Source of the DNA: Candidatus Micrarchaeia archaeon
Lineage (GTDB): Archaea; Micrarchaeota; Micrarchaeia; Anstonellales; JAHKLY01
Direction: 5' to 3'
DNA length: 64,000 nucleotides
Assembly: GCA_041653315.1 (NCBI GenBank)
Contig: JBAZFO010000003.1
Location: 1,180 to 65,179, forward strand
Part shown: in pieces, positions 1 to 9,585 of the stretch
Numbering within the stretch: the stretch's first letter is position 1
Layout of the letters: each line of letters begins with the position of its first letter
Program-made: the position numbers and the translations under genes
The notes under the pieces: model-generated
Told to the model about the DNA's origin: nothing
Database searches by the model: none
What the model saw: the letters and a program-made list of their open reading frames with translations, nothing else

Positions 1-280
1 CTGATATCTCTGTTTTTAAATCTGAAATCTTAATATTAATCCCTACAGAACGATCTTCTGTTTTTCTTTTATCATTTTGATAACCATTACTTTCAACAGA
101 AACTATTTTTATCCCTCTAGAATTATCAATTGACGAAGAGAAACTATTAGGCTCTTTTATGCCCATAAATGAGGCCTCTTGAAAACTAATTAAAACCCCA
201 GTCAATAATATAAATATAAAAATTGATATGTATATTGATTTAAAACAAAAAAACTTATTTACATCTAGTAAATTTTTCAT
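1..280 (-). CDS. Partial CDS running off the left edge. N-terminus is MKNLLDVNKFFCFKSIYISIFIFILLTGVL..., a signal-peptide or TM-like start; secreted or membrane hypothetical
   Basis: Reverse-strand ATG at 278..280 is followed by a hydrophobic N-terminal segment. The frame is open to position 1. It is absent from the ORF track because it is incomplete. Confidence 0.35.
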   Translation of the reverse strand, partial: MKNLLDVNKFFCFKSIYISIFIFILLTGVLISFQEASFMGIKEPNSFSSSIDNSRGIKIVSVESNGYQNDKRKTEDRSVGINIKISDLKTEIS

Positions 281-412
281 ATTATTCCCCCCCACAAACT
301 AATTTTTATACTATTCTTATAATAATATTACAAAATGCTTTTAAATCTAGTGGGTATTTATGTAATTAGATAAATACCAAAATATGTAAAAACACACAAA
401 ATCGGGATTAGT

Positions 413-991
413 ATGCAAATAAAAAATAATGATGACTATAAAACAGCATTAGAATTAGCATCAAATATAATACTCAATGGAGGTATTATTTTATATCCAA
501 CAGATACAGTTTATGGATTAGGATGTAATGGATTAAATTTAAAAGCTGTTGAAAAAATTAATAAAATAAAACAAATAACTGAATTTAAACCTATATCTGC
601 TTTATTTGGGCATATAGAAATAGCAAAACAATACTGTAATATAAACGAAGAACAGGAAAAAATTTTAAAAAAATATCTACCCGGGCCATATACTTTTATT
701 TTACCTTTAAAAAAAGCAATTCCCCTATCTAATAATAACACTTTGGGAATACGAATACCAAATAATAAATTTTGTATAGATTTAGGAAAATTATTAAAAA
801 TTCCTATAGCTTCAACAAGTGCGAATTTAACAGGTGAAAAACCACCAATAAACATATCAGAGGTTACTATAAAAAAGAAAGTGGATCTAATAATTGACCA
901 AGGAGAATGTAATGAAAAAGAATCTTCAACTATAGTAGATCTAATAAATAACAAAATAATAAGACAGGGAAAAGCAGAGTTTAAATTTTAA
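413..991 (+). CDS. L-threonylcarbamoyladenylate synthase, Sua5/YrdC/TsaC family (t6A biosynthesis)
   Basis: 192 aa with the YrdC-domain hallmarks ILYPTDTVYGLGCN and STSANLTGE. Size fits a stand-alone YrdC domain. Confidence 0.85.
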   Translation: MQIKNNDDYKTALELASNIILNGGIILYPTDTVYGLGCNGLNLKAVEKINKIKQITEFKPISALFGHIEIAKQYCNINEEQEKILKKYLPGPYTFILPLKKAIPLSNNNTLGIRIPNNKFCIDLGKLLKIPIASTSANLTGEKPPINISEVTIKKKVDLIIDQGECNEKESSTIVDLINNKIIRQGKAEFKF

Positions 992-1026
992 GAAAGTAAT
1001 AAAAATAATGCTTTTAAAATAAACTT

Positions 1027-1548
1027 ATGAAAAAGGTAATATTAGTAGATAAAAATAATAATGAAATAGGAGAAGAAGAAAAGCAAAAAGCACATTTAGA
1101 AGGAAAACTTCATAGAGCTTTTTCTATTTTGGTTTTTAACAGTAAAAAAGAACTATTAATCCACAAAAGAGAAAGCAGCAAATATCATTCAGGAGGATTA
1201 TGGACAAATACAGTATGCAGTCATCCAAAACCAAAAGAGAAAATAGAAGATGCAGTTCATAGAAGATTAAAAGAAGAAATGGGATTTGATACAGAACTTA
1301 AAGAGATAGGACAATTTATTTATAAAACAAAAATAAAAGACTTAACAGAACACGAATTAGATTATGTATTTTTAGGTTTTTCGGATAAAAAACCAAATCC
1401 AGATCCAAAAGAAATTGAAGATTATATGTATTTATCACTAGAAGATTTAAAAAAAGATATGAAAATTAATCCAAATAAATACACTTTTTGGTTTAAAATA
1501 ATTATAAAAGATTATGAAAAAGAAATAAATACCTTTATAAACTCATAA
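1027..1548 (+). CDS. idi: Isopentenyl-diphosphate delta-isomerase type 1 (Nudix fold)
   Basis: LHRAFSILVFNSKKELLIHKRESSKYHSGGLWTNTVCSHP matches the type 1 IDI signature (HRAFSVF ... WTNTCCSHP) and a Nudix E-rich box. Confidence 0.7.
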   Translation: MKKVILVDKNNNEIGEEEKQKAHLEGKLHRAFSILVFNSKKELLIHKRESSKYHSGGLWTNTVCSHPKPKEKIEDAVHRRLKEEMGFDTELKEIGQFIYKTKIKDLTEHELDYVFLGFSDKKPNPDPKEIEDYMYLSLEDLKKDMKINPNKYTFWFKIIIKDYEKEINTFINS

Positions 1549-1610
1549 ATGAATAATAAAATAAAGAGAAACAAAAATTAGTGAATAAATAATGCTTATT
1601 TTGTTTTAAA

Positions 1611-2837
1611 ATGGTGAAAAATATGACAATGGAATTATTGAGTAAAAAAACAGTCCATTCATTAAAAGAAATGGGTTATGAAAATTTAACAGAAGTGCAA
1701 AAAAAAGTTATTCCTAGAATTATTGAAGGAAAAGAAGTTATTTGCAGAAGTAAAACAGGCACTGGAAAAACAGCTGCTTTTGGTATTGGGCTAATTGAAA
1801 GAATAGTAGAAAAAAAATCAAAAAAAGGATTAGTTATTACTCCAACAAGAGAACTAGCAGTGCAAGTAGCAAAAGAAGTATATAAAATAGGTAAAGGAAA
1901 TAGAATAAATGTAATCACTATTTATGGTGGCGTAAGTATTGAAAATCAAATAAATGATTTAAAAAGAAGACCTGAAATTGTAGTCGCAACACCAGGTAGA
2001 TTATTAGATTTAATTAATAGGCGAGAAATTGAACCAAAAGAATTTGATGTAGTAATTTTAGATGAAGCAGATATAATGCTTGATATGGGATTTATTGATG
2101 ATATTGATAAAGTTCTGAGTAAAATTAAACCAAAACCATTAATTGAATTATTTTCAGCAACAGTAGATAAAGAAATTCTGAATATTGCAGAAAAATATAT
2201 GAAAGATTATGAATTTATAGAAATGTCAGATATGGGAAAACCAATAGAAATCACTGAAAAAATAATAGATGTTACTCAAAAGGAAAAATTTGGTGCATTA
2301 TTAGATATTATATTCGAGGATAAAAATAGAAAAACTTTGATATTTTTAAATACTAAACGCGGAGTTGAAAGAATTGCAGAAAAAATAGAACAAAAAAGAT
2401 TCAGAGTAGGAACTTTACATGGAAATATGTCTCAAAATAAAAGAGAATTTGTTTTAAGAGAATTTAAACAAAATAAAATAGATATTTTAATAGCAACAGA
2501 TGTAGCAGCAAGAGGAATACATATAGATAATGTAGATCTAGTTATTAATTTTGACTTAGCTAAAACTGCTAAGACTCACTTACATAGAATAGGAAGAACT
2601 GGAAGAATGAATCAAAAAGGTTGTGCAATATCTTTTAATACAACAAATGAAATAAGACGTGAATATATTGGATACCTGCCTCCTGTACAAAGCGAAACGT
2701 ATTCATATGAAAGCAGAGGAGAAAATAAAGAAAACAGAAAAAATAGGCCAGTTTATGATAATAAAGATAATAGAAAAAAAAATAATAAAAAAAGAGAGTT
2801 TACAAGACAATACGGCGATCCAAATTATAGAGATTAA
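1611..2837 (+). CDS. DEAD-box ATP-dependent RNA helicase
   Basis: Motif I SKTGTGKTAAF, Ia PTRELA, Ib TPGRLLD, II DEAD (VILDEADIML), III SAT, V ATDVAARGIHI and VI HRIGRTGR. Basic and acidic C-terminal tail. Confidence 0.9.
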   Translation: MVKNMTMELLSKKTVHSLKEMGYENLTEVQKKVIPRIIEGKEVICRSKTGTGKTAAFGIGLIERIVEKKSKKGLVITPTRELAVQVAKEVYKIGKGNRINVITIYGGVSIENQINDLKRRPEIVVATPGRLLDLINRREIEPKEFDVVILDEADIMLDMGFIDDIDKVLSKIKPKPLIELFSATVDKEILNIAEKYMKDYEFIEMSDMGKPIEITEKIIDVTQKEKFGALLDIIFEDKNRKTLIFLNTKRGVERIAEKIEQKRFRVGTLHGNMSQNKREFVLREFKQNKIDILIATDVAARGIHIDNVDLVINFDLAKTAKTHLHRIGRTGRMNQKGCAISFNTTNEIRREYIGYLPPVQSETYSYESRGENKENRKNRPVYDNKDNRKKNNKKREFTRQYGDPNYRD

Positions 2838-4651
2838 AAATTAAAAAAATCATCTAAATGTTTAATTATATAATCTGAAGGGAAGTATTGAAAATCCTTT
2901 GGGAAATATTGCTTATATTTTTCCCAATTAAATCTTTCATCTAATAATACGATAGCACATTTATCTGTTTCGCTTCTTATTCCCCTGCCTGCAGATTGTA
3001 AAACTTTATTTACTGCAGGAATCATATAAGTATATTCATTTCCTTTTCCTTGACCAAATTTAATATCAAAATAAGATACTAAATTCTTTTTTTCTAAAGA
3101 AGGAGGAGCTAATGGAATTCCTACTATAACAATTCCTTGAAGAGAATTATTTTCAAAATCAATACCTTCTGAAAAAGACCCTTTTTGTACACCTAACAAG
3201 GTTAAATTATTCTTTTTATGCATATTTTCTAAAACTATTTTTTTGTCCTCTTTTTTCCATTCTGAAGATTCTAAAATTAACTCTTTAGTTGAATCTATAT
3301 ATTTAGAAACATTCTCCATTAATTTATATGAAGGAAAAAAAACTGCGGTATTATGAGGTATACATTCAATTACTTCTGCAATTGCATTTCCCATTTTTTT
3401 AAATTCTTCTTCATTTCTCTTATGATATACAGTTGATAAAATATTAGAAGATAAAATAAGCCTATTCTCTTTTGGAAAAGGCGAGATATACTCTTTAAGT
3501 TCTCTATTTTCAATACCTAAAATGTCTGCATAAACTTCTGGGGGATACAAAGTTCCACTCATTAATATTGATGCATGAACAGAAGAAAAAATAGGTTGCG
3601 TAATATCTGAAGGATCAAGTGGAAATAAAGAGATTTCATCTTCTTTTATTATTCTTAATACATGTTCATTATCTTCTTTCCAAGAATAGAAAAAATTCAA
3701 CATGCTTGTTAAAGATAAAAACTCAAATTCATTTTCTTTTTTAGAACTTGCATATACTTCTGTTTGTTCAAGTCTACTTATAAAACTATTAAAATCAAAT
3801 TCAGAAACAAATGAGTTTTTAAATAACTCATTTATTTCATCCAACAACTCTTGTTTTTCTATAATTTTTTCTTGTCTACTCCCCAATAAATTAAAAATAT
3901 TCTTTAAAGAATCAAATGCCCTAGATAAAACAGGATCTGGAGCATATTCTTTTAATTCTTTTTTACAATTTGAGATTAAATTTTTAGATAAAGTAAATGT
4001 CATTAATTCTCTAGCTCTTTCTGGAAGATTATGCGCTTCATCAACAATTAAAATTATATCTTCCAAACCAATATTCATTTTAGACAAAACAATATTTTTT
4101 ATCATTGAATCAAAAATATAATTATAATCACAAACTAATACATCTGCATCTGCAATTAATTTTGATTCTGCTGAATGTGGACATGCAGAAAATTGTTTAC
4201 AAATTTGTTTTGCTTCTTCTACATGATAAATATCTTCCTTTAATGCCATTAAAGCAAAACCTTTTACATATGCATAAGGACATTTTTTAGATTTTATTTG
4301 ATGATAACAAAAAGAATCAAAATCATTTCTTTTCATATCTTTTGATTCTTGCAATAAACACATCTGTTGTTTATTTATTATATCTGCAACAACTAATTCA
4401 ACATTGTGTTTTTCTTTTATTAATTTTAAAGTATTTATTGCTATGGTATGTTGAGAATGTCTTGAAGTTGTAAAAATAACTTTTTTATTAAATTCTTTTG
4501 CATATTCTAAAACTGCACTTAAAACAGCTGCTGTTTTTCCTATACCAGTTGGCGCATATGCCAATAAATTAGTTCCTTTATAACACGCTTCTTTACAGTC
4601 TTCATAAAATTGTTTTTGAACTGGTCTTATCTCATCAAAAGGAAAAAACAT
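2834..4651 (-). CDS. XPD/Rad3-family (DinG-like) 5'-3' DNA helicase with an Fe-S cluster
   Basis: Walker A AYAPTGIGKT, DEAH box VDEAHNL, four Cys in the FeS region (CYHQ..C..C..C) and C-terminal motif GRGIRSETDKCAIVLLDERF. Confidence 0.8.
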   Translation of the reverse strand: MFFPFDEIRPVQKQFYEDCKEACYKGTNLLAYAPTGIGKTAAVLSAVLEYAKEFNKKVIFTTSRHSQHTIAINTLKLIKEKHNVELVVADIINKQQMCLLQESKDMKRNDFDSFCYHQIKSKKCPYAYVKGFALMALKEDIYHVEEAKQICKQFSACPHSAESKLIADADVLVCDYNYIFDSMIKNIVLSKMNIGLEDIILIVDEAHNLPERARELMTFTLSKNLISNCKKELKEYAPDPVLSRAFDSLKNIFNLLGSRQEKIIEKQELLDEINELFKNSFVSEFDFNSFISRLEQTEVYASSKKENEFEFLSLTSMLNFFYSWKEDNEHVLRIIKEDEISLFPLDPSDITQPIFSSVHASILMSGTLYPPEVYADILGIENRELKEYISPFPKENRLILSSNILSTVYHKRNEEEFKKMGNAIAEVIECIPHNTAVFFPSYKLMENVSKYIDSTKELILESSEWKKEDKKIVLENMHKKNNLTLLGVQKGSFSEGIDFENNSLQGIVIVGIPLAPPSLEKKNLVSYFDIKFGQGKGNEYTYMIPAVNKVLQSAGRGIRSETDKCAIVLLDERFNWEKYKQYFPKDFQYFPSDYIIKHLDDFFNF

Positions 4652-4663
4652 ATCTACACCATT

Positions 4664-5557
4664 TTATAATATTTCTAATAATTCATCTATTCTACTTAGA
4701 TTAATAATCGGTTTTTGAAATCTTTCGTAATCTTCTATTAATCTAGGGCATGCTGTATTTATATATGCATCAAAAATATTAAAATTCTGTAAAGCAATTG
4801 AATTAATTTCATTACATATTAGAATTACTGCTTGTTTTCCTTTTTCTTCTAATTTCTTTTTAGCTTCTTCTGCGCCTTGTAAATTAAATTGCCCTATTTT
4901 TGTTGAAACTAAAATACCAAAGGTTTTAGCTTCACTTGATTTTAATAAAGCACCTTGTAATTTTTTATTATATACTTGTATTTCATCATTTACTTTTTTG
5001 AACTCTCCATTTATTGGATTTATAATAAAAACAGGAATTTCATAATTTAAAGTTAAATAATGAAATTTTCCTCCTCCAATATATAAAACACACTCTATTT
5101 TATCTAATATTTCACCTACTGCTCCAGTATCACATCCTAAAATTTGTCCTTTATAAAAACATTTTGGTCCTTTTCCCATAAAAACTTCCTTATGATTTTT
5201 TTTTAATAATTGTTTTATTTCATCTAATTGGTGAATATGCTGAACAGTTGTTATTAAACCTATTTTTTTGAAATTTTTTATTCTACCTAAATGTTTTTTT
5301 ATAATTTCTAAATCTATATCTTGGTGATACTCTTTATATTCAACTTGTATCTTTGTTTTTATACCTACAAAAGGCGCATGGCCATAATGAATTATTTTAT
5401 CTGCTTTTACTTTTTCAGCTTCTTCAATAGCTAAATCACAAGCACCATAACAGCTTGCACTGGATATAAATACTTCATTACCTTGATTTTCTAATATTTT
5501 CTGCTCCTCAAGCGCTTTTGATTTAAGCCCTTCTGGAAACTGTAATAATATGCGCAT
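4664..5557 (-). CDS. dph2: Diphthamide biosynthesis protein Dph2 (2-(3-amino-3-carboxypropyl)histidine synthase)
   Basis: N-terminus MRILLQFPEGL...SCYGACD and conserved Cys pattern typical of archaeal Dph2. Confidence 0.8.
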   Translation of the reverse strand: MRILLQFPEGLKSKALEEQKILENQGNEVFISSASCYGACDLAIEEAEKVKADKIIHYGHAPFVGIKTKIQVEYKEYHQDIDLEIIKKHLGRIKNFKKIGLITTVQHIHQLDEIKQLLKKNHKEVFMGKGPKCFYKGQILGCDTGAVGEILDKIECVLYIGGGKFHYLTLNYEIPVFIINPINGEFKKVNDEIQVYNKKLQGALLKSSEAKTFGILVSTKIGQFNLQGAEEAKKKLEEKGKQAVILICNEINSIALQNFNIFDAYINTACPRLIEDYERFQKPIINLSRIDELLEIL

Positions 5558-5578
5558 GTTAAGAATTTAGAGGGTTTT

Positions 5579-5611
5579 ATTTAAAAAGGCTTTTAGAGAG
5601 TACATTTCCGG
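5579..5611. repeat. 33-bp element ATTTAAAAAGGCTTTTAGAGAGTACATTTCCGG, copy 1 (downstream of the R gene)
   Basis: Perfect direct-repeat copy at 7956..7988. Core AGAGAGTACATTTCCGG also at 8820..8836 and AGAGAGTACATTT at 14262..14274. Confidence 0.8.
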
Positions 5612-6547
5612 TTAAATATCTTTAAATAATCTTTTTAATCCTACGGTGTTTACAAAAAAATTATTTTTATTATTTAAATGGGATTTAATATCCTCTTTTT
5701 GTCTTGAAATTTTATTATTAAATGAATCTTCAATAAAATAATTAAAATAAATTCCATCTATAAAAGAAACATAATGAACACATTTATTTTTTTCAGAATT
5801 TTTAATAAATGAGATTAATTCACTTATTTGTTTATCTTGAGCACCACCACCTTCTTTTATGTGTTTTGCTTCAATTATAAAGAAGTGACTCTTTATTTTA
5901 AGAACCATGTCCGGTTCTTTAGATTGTTTTCCTTTTCCAAATTTATAACATATTTTATATTTTTTACAAAATTCATTAAATAATTTTTTATCTCCTTTAT
6001 CTGGTAAAAAATAACTAATTTTATTTTCTTCAAATTTTTTAATATTTCGTGAATATTCAACTTTCATTTGTTTATTTAAAATTTCTTTAATCTTTTTTAT
6101 ACCTAAAACACTATTTTTACGTGAAGAACCAGAATCATAAAGTGCTTGAATAGTAATATTCGAATAACCTAATGAATCATAAATTTTCCTTCTTTTTTGA
6201 CAATATTCATTAAGAATTTTTTCTAAAATTTCCCTCTTATTAGAAAGTTTTAAAAAAATAGAGTAAGAAATATCTAAAACCTTCCAAAAAGCAACAAATT
6301 CTGTATATTGTACTTTATTCATTGAAAGAATTATTTTATATATCTCATCAGATATTTTAATGGCGGCTTTTTTGTCTTTTTCACACACCACACAATAACT
6401 TATTATTAATTCTCTTAATCTTTCAACTTTAATTAAAAACTCTCTATCCTCAACAATTAATTTATCTTGACAATAAAATTCATCAATAACTGGTTCTGTA
6501 TTTTTTAAAGATAAATTCCAATAAAATAAATTGTTTTTTAAAACCAT
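5612..6547 (-). CDS. Candidate type II restriction endonuclease (PD-(D/E)XK fold), partner of the adjacent methyltransferase
   Basis: PD-x12-EAK motif (EPDMVLKIKSHFFIIEAKH). Overlaps the MTase gene end by 10 nt on the same strand. No other recognisable domain. Confidence 0.45.
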   Translation of the reverse strand: MVLKNNLFYWNLSLKNTEPVIDEFYCQDKLIVEDREFLIKVERLRELIISYCVVCEKDKKAAIKISDEIYKIILSMNKVQYTEFVAFWKVLDISYSIFLKLSNKREILEKILNEYCQKRRKIYDSLGYSNITIQALYDSGSSRKNSVLGIKKIKEILNKQMKVEYSRNIKKFEENKISYFLPDKGDKKLFNEFCKKYKICYKFGKGKQSKEPDMVLKIKSHFFIIEAKHIKEGGGAQDKQISELISFIKNSEKNKCVHYVSFIDGIYFNYFIEDSFNNKISRQKEDIKSHLNNKNNFFVNTVGLKRLFKDI

Positions 6548-7935
6548 TGTTCAAGACCTCTTTTTATTTGTGGCTCTTCGATTGTTGCATATTCTTCTAT
6601 TTGTGTAGAATCTTCTATATATGTAGAAAGATCAGATAATGAAAAAGTTTGCATAAGGTTTTTAACTTGAGAAAGACCTAAATATTTTCTTATATAAGTT
6701 CCATTAGAATATTTATAGGTTGTCATAAATTCACTATCTGTGTTTTCTCTTAATTTATTAAGTAAATTATTAAATTCTTTGATTAGTTTTTTAGAATTGA
6801 CGTCTGTTAAAGTTGGAGTTAAAAACATTTGAATAGGACAAGTTCTATAAGTAGCACCACTTATAAAAATACCATCAACTCCAAATACCTCTTGAATATT
6901 ATAAATTCCTGCTTTTCCATCTATTGAACCTGTATCAACCGTTCTAATAAAAAAAGGATTAGATAAAATCTTTTTATATAAATAATCATTTACAAAAAAC
7001 TCCTTTTTTAAATAACCTCTAGATGTGTATTTCTTTGAATCTAACAAAACAACTTTATTTTTTCCTAAATTTTCATTTATCTCATTTTCAGTAAGATAAA
7101 ATGATATTGAAAAAGAATTGGTTTTTTTTATTTTTTTAGTATATTCATAAAATTCGAATCCTGCTCTAAAATGATTTTTATTTGAAAGTTTATAATGTCT
7201 TTTTTTAGTCTCACAATTAATTTTTATTGCATCAAATTCTAATTTGGTATTAATCTTATCAGTTTTTTCAAAAAAACAAATTATTACATTTGTTCCTGTA
7301 AAATCAAATATTTTTTTTTCAAAAATTACTGCTTCATTTATATTATATCTACTAAGAAAATCATCCCTTATTTTATTTGAAACAACAGCACCAAATAAAA
7401 AATTAGACGGGATAATATAAATCATATTTTTTAAATTATTTCTAAGATCATTAATTAATGCAATTTGATATAAATCTTGATATCCTTTATTTACACCTGT
7501 GAAAAGTTTTTGCTGTTCTTTATTTTTTTCATGTTTAGAAATATAACCTAAATATAAATAAGGCGGATTAGTAATATGAAACACTGGTTTTTTGGAATTA
7601 AGCAAAAATTTTGGATAATTTTTAAGTGTATCTAATTGTAGAATGTTTTTTTCAGCAATTTCTTTAGGTATCCCGTAAGAAACTGCATTTTGGATTGATT
7701 TATCCACCATTTCCGATTGAATATCAAAAAGATATATATTTGCTTTAAAAAATTCAATTCTTTTATCTTTTTCAATTTGTTCAAGAATTGGAAGAATTAA
7801 ATTACCTTCACCTGCAAAAAGATCAACCCAAATATAATCATTTAATTTATTTTTAATTTTAGGAAAAATAAATTTTTTGAAAATATTTACTGAAGTTAAA
7901 TGTACTCCAAGATCCCTTCTCTTTCCTTTATCCAT
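6538..7935 (-). CDS. N6-adenine-specific DNA methyltransferase (gamma-type, type II R-M)
   Basis: AdoMet motif I VDLFAGEGNL and catalytic motif IV ITNPPY. Confidence 0.75.
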   Translation of the reverse strand: MDKGKRRDLGVHLTSVNIFKKFIFPKIKNKLNDYIWVDLFAGEGNLILPILEQIEKDKRIEFFKANIYLFDIQSEMVDKSIQNAVSYGIPKEIAEKNILQLDTLKNYPKFLLNSKKPVFHITNPPYLYLGYISKHEKNKEQQKLFTGVNKGYQDLYQIALINDLRNNLKNMIYIIPSNFLFGAVVSNKIRDDFLSRYNINEAVIFEKKIFDFTGTNVIICFFEKTDKINTKLEFDAIKINCETKKRHYKLSNKNHFRAGFEFYEYTKKIKKTNSFSISFYLTENEINENLGKNKVVLLDSKKYTSRGYLKKEFFVNDYLYKKILSNPFFIRTVDTGSIDGKAGIYNIQEVFGVDGIFISGATYRTCPIQMFLTPTLTDVNSKKLIKEFNNLLNKLRENTDSEFMTTYKYSNGTYIRKYLGLSQVKNLMQTFSLSDLSTYIEDSTQIEEYATIEEPQIKRGLEQWF

Positions 7936-7955
7936 ATATTTATTAAAAAGTTTAA

Positions 7956-7988
7956 ATTTAAAAAGGCTTTTAGAGAGTACATTTCCGG
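7956..7988. repeat. 33-bp element, copy 2 (upstream of the M gene)
   Basis: Identical to 5579..5611. Confidence 0.8.
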
Positions 7989-7993
7989 GTGTT

Positions 7994-8471
7994 TATACTT
8001 GTTTATATTTTGTATTAAAAAAATCTTTAGGATTTAATAATTTATTTTTTAATTTTTGAAAATATTTTTTATTCCAAGTTATAAAATAATCTGCTTCACT
8101 TTTAATAAAAGCATAATATTGCACCGAATCTTCATAATTAAAATTCATATCTTTAAGTGCTAATAATATCTCTTCAGTATTTAAGGAAATAACTTTCCAA
8201 TTTGTATTTTTAAAAATAGTAAGACAAAATTCTCTGGATTTTTTATCTGCTTCTTTTTCAGATAATTCTTGTCCATGTTTATATACCGGTCTTTGTAATT
8301 TAAAAGATAAATAATTAGATAAAGAAAAAATAGTTCCTTCATGTATAATTATTTCAATTTATTTCTTTTTATTAAGTCTACTAATTTAACTGAATCACTT
8401 AATGTTTTTTCATTAAATAAGGTATAATTAACATAATCAAAAAAAATATTTTTATCTATATATAAACTCAT
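7994..8471 (-). pseudogene. VapC-like PIN-domain toxin gene interrupted by a frameshift
   Basis: ATG at 8469..8471 opens a 41-aa frame MSLYIDKNIFFDYVN... (PIN N-terminal DxN motif) that stops. A second frame shifted by one nucleotide continues as ...EILLALKDMNFNYEDSVQYYAFIKSEADYFITWNKKYF, a PIN C-terminal D..T.N motif, up to a stop at 7994..7996. The shift lies in an A-rich run. Confidence 0.5.
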
Positions 8472-8725
8472 ATAAAATCTGCCTCAGAAACTATTTTATT
8501 TTCTATTAATTCTTTATGTGTTTTTGCTCTTTTTTTATCAATATACTCAACATAATCATCTTCCCATTTATCTTCTTTGTTTTCAATTAAAATATTTTGA
8601 TTATTCTTATAATATTCCATTGCCATTACCCGTATTGCTTCTGCTTTTGAATTAACAATTCCTTTTTTTAACATTTTATTAACAACTTTTTCAACCATAC
8701 CTTTAAACGTAGCATTTATCAACAT
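8468..8725 (-). CDS. Ribbon-helix-helix (CopG/Arc-like) antitoxin-type DNA-binding protein
   Basis: 85 aa. N-terminal beta strand MLINATFKG followed by helices (SKAEAIRVMAMEYY). Its stop overlaps the PIN start in an ATGA arrangement. Confidence 0.4.
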   Translation of the reverse strand: MLINATFKGMVEKVVNKMLKKGIVNSKAEAIRVMAMEYYKNNQNILIENKEDKWEDDYVEYIDKKRAKTHKELIENKIVSEADFI

Positions 8726-9200
8726 TTTTACTACCCCCTATGTAGTTTTTATGTAGTAAATATTTATAAATGTACTGTTTTAATTCTATTTTGTAAATAA
8801 AGTTTATAAATAACATTAAAGAGAGTACATTTCCGGACTAATTATTGTAAATCAATTATCTAATGTTTAAAACTTTATTTTAAATTTATAAAATGCAGTT
8901 GATTTATGAAAAAACAAATATAAATATAAAATCAAATAAGATTATTAAAACTATTTCTATTTAACTCTAATAAAAAGTTAAAAAAATAAATATGTTTTTT
9001 ATTTTAAAATAAGTTATTAATTATTTTATTAGAGCTACTATAATATTTACTATTAATAAGAATATAGTAATAATATTAATTACTCTAGTTTCTTTTCTCA
9101 TATCAAATAGTTCTAAAAAAATTCTTTGACCATCTATTGGATTCATTTAATCACCTTTTTTATATTAATGTTTCTCCTTTATTTTAATATGAAATTTTAT

Positions 9201-9515
9201 TTATCTATTTTTAATACGTTTTAGTAGATCTTCTTTCCTTTTGTTAAACTCTGTTATATCTTCATCTTTTATATAAATTTCTAAATTCTCTTGATTTTTT
9301 TCAGCGGCAATGCCAAAAATTCTTTTTTTAGATGACAACATTATTTTAAATAAATATATAAACTGTTTATAAACTTCTGGAGTTTGAATTAAATCTAATT
9401 TACATGTTTTTTCTATTTGTTTACCCTTCTCTTTTGTATCTAAAATTTTAAATGTAATTTTTCCTAAATCTCCACTTAAAAATGAAATTGATTTTATTAT
9501 TATATCTATCACCAA
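9201..9515 (-). CDS. Hypothetical protein (104 aa)
   Basis: ORF only. Downstream partner of 9586..10245 on the same strand. Confidence 0.3.
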   Translation of the reverse strand: MVIDIIIKSISFLSGDLGKITFKILDTKEKGKQIEKTCKLDLIQTPEVYKQFIYLFKIMLSSKKRIFGIAAEKNQENLEIYIKDEDITEFNKRKEDLLKRIKNR

Positions 9516-9585
9516 TACTATTATATATAGAAATATTTAAATGAATTTGTTGATTTTTTATGATGTAATGTTTAATTTTGTGCTT

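Noticed and set aside
511-954. Nested antisense ORFs inside well-supported genes (e.g. 511..954, 1676..1918, 3702..4121, 12666..13055, 21248..21463, 21645..21917, 22614..23213, 32774..33073, 34310..34741, 36823..37155, 38956..39222, 39770..40150, 52383..52619, 53049..53300, 56381..56641)
   Set aside because: Each lies opposite or inside a CDS with strong motif support. Translations are F/I/L/S/K-rich, as expected from open frames in about 70% AT DNA
7994-8471. Programmed frameshift for the split PIN gene
   Set aside because: No recognisable slippery heptamer or stimulatory structure. A pseudogene or homopolymer sequencing error is simpler, so it is reported as pseudogene with the caveat
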